Translations under genes and position numbers: made by a program
IMG/VR virus record: IMGVR_UViG_3300034420_000015
Span: 1 to 37,078 of that record
Origin: a virus
Lineage: Duplodnaviria > Caudoviricetes
DNA length: 37,078 bases
Direction: 5' to 3' (one strand)
In this document: positions 18,648 through 25,736 of the stretch, in pieces
How positions within the stretch are numbered: the stretch's first letter is position 1
Layout of the letters: every line of letters begins with the position of its first letter
Notes under the pieces: model-generated
What the model was told of the DNA's origin: nothing
What the model saw: only the letters and a program-made list of their open reading frames with translations
Database searches by the model: none

Positions 18648-18814
18648 GGGATTGTGAGCGTGTCAACGTGTGATTTGCACTCGACAAGTGCAATGAATTT
18701 AACATTAGTGCTGTCTTGCGCGAAACCAGCGCACGCTGGTTTTGGTGGCGGTTCTGTCGGAGTAGAACATGCTGAAAGTACGACAAGTAAGACTAACGTG
18801 GATATATTTGTCAT
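18644..18814 (-). CDS. 56-aa putative lipoprotein (MTNISTLVLLVVLSACSTPTEPPPKP...)
   Basis: Not in the ORF track; hydrophobic leader plus lipobox LSA-C; ATGA-coupled at both ends. Confidence 0.7.
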   Translation of the reverse strand: MTNISTLVLLVVLSACSTPTEPPPKPACAGFAQDSTNVKFIALVECKSHVDTLTIP

Positions 18815-19089
18815 GTTGTCTTCTGTGTTTTCGAGCGCGACTCGTCGGCCACTTTAAATAGATGCGCCATCGCTCGCGCTCCATGCATGCTTGGGAACGT
18901 TGCTGTGAATGTGCCGTCCGAGCACCAGCCAAAATCCCCAGCAGACTGCAATAGATCGCCTACTGGTCCTTTAAGCGCTTCGACTATTGGTGCGTCGGAG
19001 CACGTAGCTGTGCCGTCGCGACAGTCAATGAAGCCAACTATGTCGGAGTCTTCCTGTTTCCGACACGCATTACAGTAGAAGATCGACAT
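18811..19089 (-). CDS. Hypothetical protein (CNAC motif)
   Basis: Start MSIFYCNAC after a GGAG RBS, 1 nt after the upstream stop. Confidence 0.6.
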   Translation of the reverse strand: MSIFYCNACRKQEDSDIVGFIDCRDGTATCSDAPIVEALKGPVGDLLQSAGDFGWCSDGTFTATFPSMHGARAMAHLFKVADESRSKTQKTT

Positions 19090-19090
19090 A

Positions 19091-19330
19091 TTAGTCTCCG
19101 TAGACCTTACACCCAGCGTCGCGATGCATTTCGAGTGCCGCGAAGTGGCCCTTCGCGACGGCTTCCCATGCCTTGGCGTTGCGCGTAACAATGTCATTCC
19201 GGCTTTGTAGCGCGCGCACGAGCGAGCGCATGATATCTGTTGCTGTCAACGTACATGCAAATCCGCTGGAGTACGTTGATCCGTGCTGGTGGTGTTCTGC
19301 ATCTCGATTGCACTTTGGGCAGAGTATCAT
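19091..19330 (-). CDS. Hypothetical protein (CPKC motif)
   Basis: Start MILCPKC 2 nt after the stop of the PHP gene. Confidence 0.6.
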   Translation of the reverse strand: MILCPKCNRDAEHHQHGSTYSSGFACTLTATDIMRSLVRALQSRNDIVTRNAKAWEAVAKGHFAALEMHRDAGCKVYGD

Positions 19331-19332
19331 CG

Positions 19333-20307
19333 TTATCCCTGTCGTGTGAGCCACGCTTCAAACTCCGGATCGTCCGGAATCTTGAAACTTGGCATGGTGT
19401 TGGCGCCCAGCGGCACTACGTCTGCTTCGCACATGTCAGCAACAATAGCTGTGTTAGCGCAAGCTGTTTCCCACCACGCTTCGCTGGAAACATCGCGCAT
19501 TTCTGATTCTGATTTGACATAAAACTCCCATGATGCGACATCAGCGCCTGGAAAGCGCATTCTATCTGGCTTGTCCTTCCATGCGCCCATTCCGATGCAG
19601 AGTAGCGTGTCGTGGTGCTGTCCGTGTTCACGACGTAGATAATGGGCGTCGTTTGTAGCGACGACTCCAGCCCCGATCTTGTTGGCGATGTTGACGAGTG
19701 CTTCATTTAGCTGAGTCTCCGTCAATTCGACCACGCCATCGCGCTCAATGCGTACGTGGTCTAGGCCGTTGTTTGCGCCGTGCGCCATGACTTCGATGAA
19801 GAAGTTGTCGCCGTGCACACGTTGGTATTGCTGAGCAAGTCGCAGTCCTGCGACCTCTCCGTGCTCGATGATCATTTGTGGGATTTCGGCGCCAATGCAC
19901 CCACTCAATACGATAACGCCCTCGGCGTGTGCCGCCAGTAGCGCTCGGTCGATGCGTGGCTTATAGCTGAATCCCGCGATGTGTGCGAGGGATGTTAACC
20001 GCATCAGGTTGTCGTAGCCTTTGCGGTTCTTCGCCAGCAACGTCAGGTGGTAGTTATCGCCAGCGCTCTTAGCGCCTGTCTTGTGGTCGCCGTTGGACGC
20101 GATGTAGGTTTCCATCCCGATAATCGGGCGGATTCCAGCGTCTTTGGCGGCTTGGACAAACTTAACGGCGCTGGCGATCCAGCCGTGGTCGGTAATCGCT
20201 ACCGAAGTCTGTCCTAGTTCGACGGCACGACGACATAACTCCGAGGTCTTAATAGCACCGTCGAGCAAACTGAACTCTGAATGTACATGGAGATGGGAGA
20301 ATGCCAT
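19333..20307 (-). CDS. dnaE: DnaE N-terminal PHP domain encoded as a separate gene
   Basis: HLHVHSEFSLLDG, AITDHG, PIIGMETY, YHLTLLAKN..GY.NL, KPRID, LSGC, ATNDAHY; ends at the PHP/palm linker (MPSFKIP). Confidence 0.95.
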   Translation of the reverse strand: MAFSHLHVHSEFSLLDGAIKTSELCRRAVELGQTSVAITDHGWIASAVKFVQAAKDAGIRPIIGMETYIASNGDHKTGAKSAGDNYHLTLLAKNRKGYDNLMRLTSLAHIAGFSYKPRIDRALLAAHAEGVIVLSGCIGAEIPQMIIEHGEVAGLRLAQQYQRVHGDNFFIEVMAHGANNGLDHVRIERDGVVELTETQLNEALVNIANKIGAGVVATNDAHYLRREHGQHHDTLLCIGMGAWKDKPDRMRFPGADVASWEFYVKSESEMRDVSSEAWWETACANTAIVADMCEADVVPLGANTMPSFKIPDDPEFEAWLTRQG

Positions 20308-20354
20308 TGTGGTGTCGGTGGTGTACGTACGTATCGGCGTGTGAACCTTCGCCG

Positions 20355-20669
20355 CTAGATCAGGCCCTGCAACAACCTCCTAGCAATCGTCTTGGTGTCG
20401 CCGTATTGCTCGGCTGATTGTACGCGTTCATTAATTTCGGCGTATCCAGCGATGTCAACGTTCGTGTCGCGCTTGTGCCCACGACCAGAACGAACGAGCT
20501 TGAATGCCAGCTTAACGCCGGTTACGTCTGACGGCGTAATGAGCTTTCCGCGAGTGACGGTCGCCACGATCGCCTCTCGTACCGCATTCTCGACAGGATC
20601 GCCATACTCATCCTGTCGAGTAGAATTGACTGTGCTATCGGCCTCAGCCAAAATGCTCTTGCTCTTCAT
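20355..20669 (-). CDS. DUF6378-like small all-alpha protein (possible nucleotide pyrophosphatase)
   Basis: IL.EA...V...RQ.EYG.P.EN...K..R...D..VDIAGYA pattern. Confidence 0.7.
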   Translation of the reverse strand: MKSKSILAEADSTVNSTRQDEYGDPVENAVREAIVATVTRGKLITPSDVTGVKLAFKLVRSGRGHKRDTNVDIAGYAEINERVQSAEQYGDTKTIARRLLQGLI

Positions 20670-21151
20670 TACGCCCCCGACGATCCGAAGCCAGTAGCAC
20701 CGCGATCAGTGGGTAGTAGTTCGTGGACGCGGCGAATCTCTGGACGGACAGCATTGAAGAAGATTACCTGCGCATAGCGCTCGTCGTGCTTGACGATACG
20801 AGGCAGCCACCCGAAGTTGCCGAGCACAGTGTATAGCTCGCCCCTGTACCCAGAATCGAGCACTCCACCGAGGACGATCATGCGCTTGCGTGATGTACTG
20901 GAACGAGCAACAATCCATGCCCAGACCCCATCGTGGAGTCCAAGGTGAAGTCCGCTGTTGATGATTCGCTCGCTATGTGGCATCACAACGATGCAGTCGC
21001 GCCCGACGAATAGCGATACGATCTTATCGAGGATCGTCATGTGGTCGCGACCAATCACGGTATGAATGTCATGCCCGACGTCGCCACTTTTCTTTGGCGT
21101 GAACGGCACCAAACGCGACATCGGGCCAGCTAGTTCGATGACATTACGCAT
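20669..21151 (-). CDS. dut: Trimeric dUTPase
   Basis: GDVGHDI, ARSS, GVLDSGYRGE, ERYAQ, RGATGFGSSG. Start placed at ATG 21151. Confidence 0.93.
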   Translation of the reverse strand: MRNVIELAGPMSRLVPFTPKKSGDVGHDIHTVIGRDHMTILDKIVSLFVGRDCIVVMPHSERIINSGLHLGLHDGVWAWIVARSSTSRKRMIVLGGVLDSGYRGELYTVLGNFGWLPRIVKHDERYAQVIFFNAVRPEIRRVHELLPTDRGATGFGSSGA

Positions 21152-21722
21152 TGTGAGTGGCCTTGAATTTGACGATAGCGTTGAACGCCTGATTGAGTTG
21201 ATACCACTCGTCGCCGATCGGAATATGCTCCATGGAAACGCCATCCATGTTATTAATCGACTCGATCAGGGGCCATGTCTCGCGCCAGAATCCATCTAGG
21301 CGCTCGTTGATCGTGGCGCTGTCATCGTCGCCGCGACCACGCAGGGTCAGGCGCATCTTGGCCATACCATCATTACAGCCAAGGTAGAGCACGAGGATTT
21401 GCGAGAGTGGAACCGCCTCTGTCATCTGCGCGAATTGGCGCATGTAGCGAGGGTATCCATCGAGAATGATGTGGTCGTACTGTCCGCTCTTGGCATCCTC
21501 GATTTCTGCGATCATCGCCTCGTTCATTTTATCGCGTGGTGCGAAGTCACCGGCTGTTAAGGCGATACGTGTCTCTTCGTCTGTCTCGGCCAGCCTACGC
21601 GCGACGTCACCAGCCGCGATGTATGCGGTCTTGAGCGTGGACCTGTTCAACTGCTGTGTTAGTGCGGAAGTCAGCGTGGACTTACCTGCTCCAGGCATTC
21701 CGACGATCGGGATGAAGATCAT
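21144..21722 (-). CDS. adk: Adenylate-kinase-family NMP kinase (short LID)
   Basis: GMPGAGKST, GDVARR, GDFAP, LDGYPR...Q, RGRGDD...I..RL. Confidence 0.82.
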   Translation of the reverse strand: MIFIPIVGMPGAGKSTLTSALTQQLNRSTLKTAYIAAGDVARRLAETDEETRIALTAGDFAPRDKMNEAMIAEIEDAKSGQYDHIILDGYPRYMRQFAQMTEAVPLSQILVLYLGCNDGMAKMRLTLRGRGDDDSATINERLDGFWRETWPLIESINNMDGVSMEHIPIGDEWYQLNQAFNAIVKFKATHNA

Positions 21723-22480
21723 ACGTGCTTGTACTCCGTTGCGATGTAGTGTACGCCATCGTCGCTGATGGCACGGTTGAAATCACTGAACAGGAGCGGT
21801 GCTTCGGCCTTCAACGTGATGAGGACCCACAACGCGAGGGTACGAATCTCCCTGTCGGCGGCTGGCGATCCGCGCATCGTCAAGAAATGGCGCCACGCAC
21901 GTACGTTTGCCGTAACTACGATCTTCGTTTCGGCGCAGTTTGGGAGTACAGAGCGAGCGCACTCACGGAGTTTCTTCGCTTCGATGGTGCTCTCCGATCC
22001 GCGCATCTGGTCGATGATTGTCTTGTACGCCGCCTGTGCATTTTCGCAGAGCTTGATCCATGCGTGATACGCGTTGCTTCCGTGTTCGAGAGCCGGTGGT
22101 TGGACGAACGCAATATCTGTCGGTTCGACGAATCTCTGGCTCAACTGGCTATACGCGAATCCGGCGCGATGCCGTACCAGTTCATGAGTCAGGGAGCGTG
22201 ACACGCCCTCAAATAGGAGCGAATAGGTGGCGTGTTCGAACACCGATCCATGGCCCTGATCCTTGATGTTCTGAAAGTACTTCTCGATTGTCTTGCGGCC
22301 CTGCACCGTCTTGTGGCCGTCCATCGTTCCTTCGCCGAAGCTCATGTAACACAGCCGACTTGCGAACTCGCTCAAGTCTTGAGCATTGCTCTCGTGGCTG
22401 GCTTTGAACTTGAAGTGGTCTGGATTGATGAAGTGAGGTCGTGCGAGTAGCGTTACTTTGGGTTGAGTAATAATCTGCAT
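21719..22480 (-). CDS. thyX: Flavin-dependent thymidylate synthase
   Basis: GHGSVFEH, SRSLTHELVRHRAGFAYSQLSQRF (RHRx7S), ARSVLP, N.RAWRHF...R...A.REIR. Confidence 0.97.
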   Translation of the reverse strand: MQIITQPKVTLLARPHFINPDHFKFKASHESNAQDLSEFASRLCYMSFGEGTMDGHKTVQGRKTIEKYFQNIKDQGHGSVFEHATYSLLFEGVSRSLTHELVRHRAGFAYSQLSQRFVEPTDIAFVQPPALEHGSNAYHAWIKLCENAQAAYKTIIDQMRGSESTIEAKKLRECARSVLPNCAETKIVVTANVRAWRHFLTMRGSPAADREIRTLALWVLITLKAEAPLLFSDFNRAISDDGVHYIATEYKHV

Positions 22481-22507
22481 GAACCTGTGGGTGGTGGGTT
22501 GCGGTGA

Positions 22508-25087
22508 TCACTCGGTATCTGCGCGCGGCCTTGGCTTACTAGATACAAACCGATACTCGAACATTCGCATGACCTCTGCGTCGAATATCACGTTTGTTAT
22601 GACACCGCCTCGGCCATGGCGGTGTTTCGCCAATTCCATGATGCGGTTGCCCTTCTCTTTGCCATCGGCATCTATCTCTTCCTTACTCTTCTCGCGGAAG
22701 AAGATGCCAACGTCAGCGTCCTGAATGATCTTGTAGCTCTCGCCGATTGACTCTTTCGCCGTACTACCGGACTTGGCTGATTCGCGGTTATGCTGTGCGA
22801 GTGCTACCAATACGATGTCTAGCTCCTTGGCGATGTTGAGGAATCCACGGCTGATGTGTCCAAGCTCCTGATCGCGACGCTGGGACGATACTTCGCGGTC
22901 AGTAGAGTACATCAGCTGGATATAGTCAACGAACACCACCTTAGTACCGCGACGCAGTACATCGTTGCGAATGATTGCGATGCATTCCTCGTAAGCCACC
23001 CCGCTCTCAGTCAGCGACAGGGGCGATGCCGCGAGTTGTGATGCGGCGTCTTGGACTGCCTCTACTTCTGCGGCGTTGATGAATCCTGTGAGGACTTTAT
23101 CGCTAGGGACCCCGCTGATACTGCTGATAATACGATCCGCGAGAGTTTCCGTCCCAGTTTCAAACGTGAGATAGAGCGAAGGAACACTAAGGTCAACAGC
23201 AAGACGCTTAGCCAAGCAACCTGCAAAAGCCGTCTTACCAACTCCAGTAGGTGCCGAAATAATGACATAACGCCCCGTCTGTAGGCCGTGAAGCGTGTTG
23301 TTCAGAATAGCGAAATCCGCGCCAAGATCGAACCCAACAATTGCATTCGGGTCTGCCATTCTTTCGCTGAGTAGCCCCATTCTCTCAGTAACGACCTTGC
23401 GTACGTCCAATACGCCGCCTCCTTGCGAAACCACGCTAGCAGAGATTGAAGCGCTGAGATTTTGGATGACATGTTTTGCGTCCTGTTTGGTGTCGCCTAG
23501 CCGCTTGATGGCCTCGGTGGCCTTGTCGCGGATAGTGCGGCGGATGGATTTGTCCTTTAAGTCGCCTAGGAAGAATCCAGCGCTCGATCCATCTGCGCTC
23601 GTGATGTCCATTACACTAAACACCACGCCCTTCATCTGTTGGCCGTGCTTGTTCTCGATGACGGTGGTGAGGATGTCTGGTGAAATGTCGCCCTGCGACC
23701 GATAGAGCTTGCCAATCTCATCGAATAGTACGCGATGGCGCGACAGGAAGAAATCCTTAGCGTGTAGATGCGTGAGCGCCTCTCCGACGAACAGGTCGTC
23801 GGTAAGCATGCGCTTCAATACGCATCGTTCGCCGTAGATATTTTGCAGTACGGCGGCGTCTTCTGCTTCCTTGAAGAAGTCTGCGATGATGTCGTCGTCT
23901 AGATCGAGCATGCCACCAAGCATCTTAGCGGCAAGGCTCTTCTCGATTTCTGGTGCGTGGACTAACTTTGGCTTGATTTCGTTCAGGAAGTCTAGACGTT
24001 CAGTGGATTTCGATAGGTTGAATTGCTCAGCCGCAGTAGCGATGACGTATTCGAATGCATATGTGGCCGACGCGATCGCTTGGTCGATGGGACCCGTTCC
24101 ATCCGCCAGCAATATCTCATCTGGATCCTTACCATTCCCAGATAGTCTAGCTATCTTGACTGATACCTTGTGGCCTATCCTAGACTCGGCTACGCGCCTT
24201 GCAAATTCGCGTCCAGGCTCATCGTTATCCGCCATCACAATTACGCGATTGACGCCGATACCATCCAATGCGGCCAGCGCATCGTCGCCTAATTGCGTAC
24301 CGTACGTCGAGGCGACGTTGCAGTATCCGTGAGCCGCCATCTGCCAGACGTCGGGTTCTCCCTCTACCAGTATCAAGGTGCCAGACGCGCGGATGTATTT
24401 CTTCGCCTCGTAGAGTCCGTACAGAGGCGGCATGTCGAGCGGATGTTCCTTTTTCGGACCTACTACTTTGATCTTCGTGACGCCAGTTGGCCTATTGCGG
24501 AAGCCAGCTACTCTGCCGTGCGCATCTCGAACTGGCACAACTATGACGTTTTCCCATTGTCCCGTCCTGTCGAACCCAAGCTCAGCTGGCCCGTCAGGAC
24601 AGCCGTATGAGTAGCCGACGCCGAATGCCTTTAATGCGTCTCTGTTTAGGCGCCGGCGCTCAAGCCAGTCCGTGTATGGTTCTACGTCTGGGTCGGCGAG
24701 TTGTTCCGCCACATTGAAGTTAGCGGTAAACAGGGCTTCGCGAGCGCGGTCTTCTTCGGTTGTCGGAACAGAGTATTGCGATAAGTCAACGCCACCGAAT
24801 TCGGCCAGTTTACGGACTGCCTCGATGTGTTCGATGTTGTCCATCTTCTGGACGAACTTGAACAGATCGCCGCCCTCTTTACACCCGAAGCAATGGTATA
24901 CTTGCCTACTACTACTGATGCCAAAACTCGGAGTCTTCTCGTCGTGGAACGGGCAGAGTCCCTTGAAATCGTCGCCGCCTATTCCAGACAGTTTGATACC
25001 GTATAATTTCTGTGCAACGTCTTCTAGGCGGCACGTTAGGCGAATCTGATCACGTAGCGCGTCTAGGTTGCGAAGCTTATACATCAT
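22508..25087 (-). CDS. DnaG primase - DnaB helicase fusion
   Basis: CHC2 finger (CPFHDEKTPSF...HCFGC), TOPRIM (VEGEPD, DND..G), then DnaB N-domain and RecA-like core (APTGVGKT, VDYIQL, LAQHNR, KHRHG). Confidence 0.93.
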   Translation of the reverse strand: MMYKLRNLDALRDQIRLTCRLEDVAQKLYGIKLSGIGGDDFKGLCPFHDEKTPSFGISSSRQVYHCFGCKEGGDLFKFVQKMDNIEHIEAVRKLAEFGGVDLSQYSVPTTEEDRAREALFTANFNVAEQLADPDVEPYTDWLERRRLNRDALKAFGVGYSYGCPDGPAELGFDRTGQWENVIVVPVRDAHGRVAGFRNRPTGVTKIKVVGPKKEHPLDMPPLYGLYEAKKYIRASGTLILVEGEPDVWQMAAHGYCNVASTYGTQLGDDALAALDGIGVNRVIVMADNDEPGREFARRVAESRIGHKVSVKIARLSGNGKDPDEILLADGTGPIDQAIASATYAFEYVIATAAEQFNLSKSTERLDFLNEIKPKLVHAPEIEKSLAAKMLGGMLDLDDDIIADFFKEAEDAAVLQNIYGERCVLKRMLTDDLFVGEALTHLHAKDFFLSRHRVLFDEIGKLYRSQGDISPDILTTVIENKHGQQMKGVVFSVMDITSADGSSAGFFLGDLKDKSIRRTIRDKATEAIKRLGDTKQDAKHVIQNLSASISASVVSQGGGVLDVRKVVTERMGLLSERMADPNAIVGFDLGADFAILNNTLHGLQTGRYVIISAPTGVGKTAFAGCLAKRLAVDLSVPSLYLTFETGTETLADRIISSISGVPSDKVLTGFINAAEVEAVQDAASQLAASPLSLTESGVAYEECIAIIRNDVLRRGTKVVFVDYIQLMYSTDREVSSQRRDQELGHISRGFLNIAKELDIVLVALAQHNRESAKSGSTAKESIGESYKIIQDADVGIFFREKSKEEIDADGKEKGNRIMELAKHRHGRGGVITNVIFDAEVMRMFEYRFVSSKPRPRADTE

Positions 25088-25736
25088 TCAGTGCGCCTCT
25101 GATGTCCAAGTCATGTTCCATGTCTTTCCAACGATTGGCAAGTACGCGCGCTTCGACGTAATCAAGTGGTTCAGAAGACGTCGCAACGTCCGTTGTGTGG
25201 TGTTGTAGCTTGCTGATTGTCTCCTTGAGTATATTAACACGTGTCTCGAAAGATCGTCTCGCCACGCCGTGTAGATAGAAGATGTTACGTGAGAACTTCT
25301 TTGCCGCCGTTATCTGCATGAGCAGGGTTGTCTTGTCTGGCGCGAGCCTTGGAATCTCTGACACCAGCAGGGCCAGTTCTTTTAGGCCGAAGTCCGCTAA
25401 TAGGAACCCATTGCAAACAGCCGTATAGCACGTAGTAACGTGCTCGTCGATTGCGAAATCCACTGGCTCGGTGCGGTGCGCCACAATTCTCGGAGTGAGC
25501 ATCGACCAAACGGGCTTATGCAAGTAGCGCCAGCCAAACTGATCGAGCTTCTCGATCTTCGCGGCGGCATCTGTCTTGGCGCTAGGCTTCATCACCGACG
25601 CGATGGTGCTCGCGATGTGATTGAACAGGAACTTGCCGACTGTCTGCTCGATGTGTATGTACGAGTCAGGATCGACCGTCACGCCGTAGTCGCCAATCAG
25701 GTTCACTACTTTCCGTGCTTCTGTTGAGCAGTGCAC
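25077..25736 (-). CDS. Hypothetical protein
   Basis: 219-aa ORF overlapping both neighbours; no motif recognised. Confidence 0.65.
   Translation of the reverse strand: MHCSTEARKVVNLIGDYGVTVDPDSYIHIEQTVGKFLFNHIASTIASVMKPSAKTDAAAKIEKLDQFGWRYLHKPVWSMLTPRIVAHRTEPVDFAIDEHVTTCYTAVCNGFLLADFGLKELALLVSEIPRLAPDKTTLLMQITAAKKFSRNIFYLHGVARRSFETRVNILKETISKLQHHTTDVATSSEPLDYVEARVLANRWKDMEHDLDIRGALNDV

Noticed and set aside
17925-19332. Group I intron or split intein joining the dnaE halves
   Set aside because: The interval is tiled by coupled ORFs with no room for a ribozyme core, and neither half has intein blocks at the junction. RT-PCR would be the final test.
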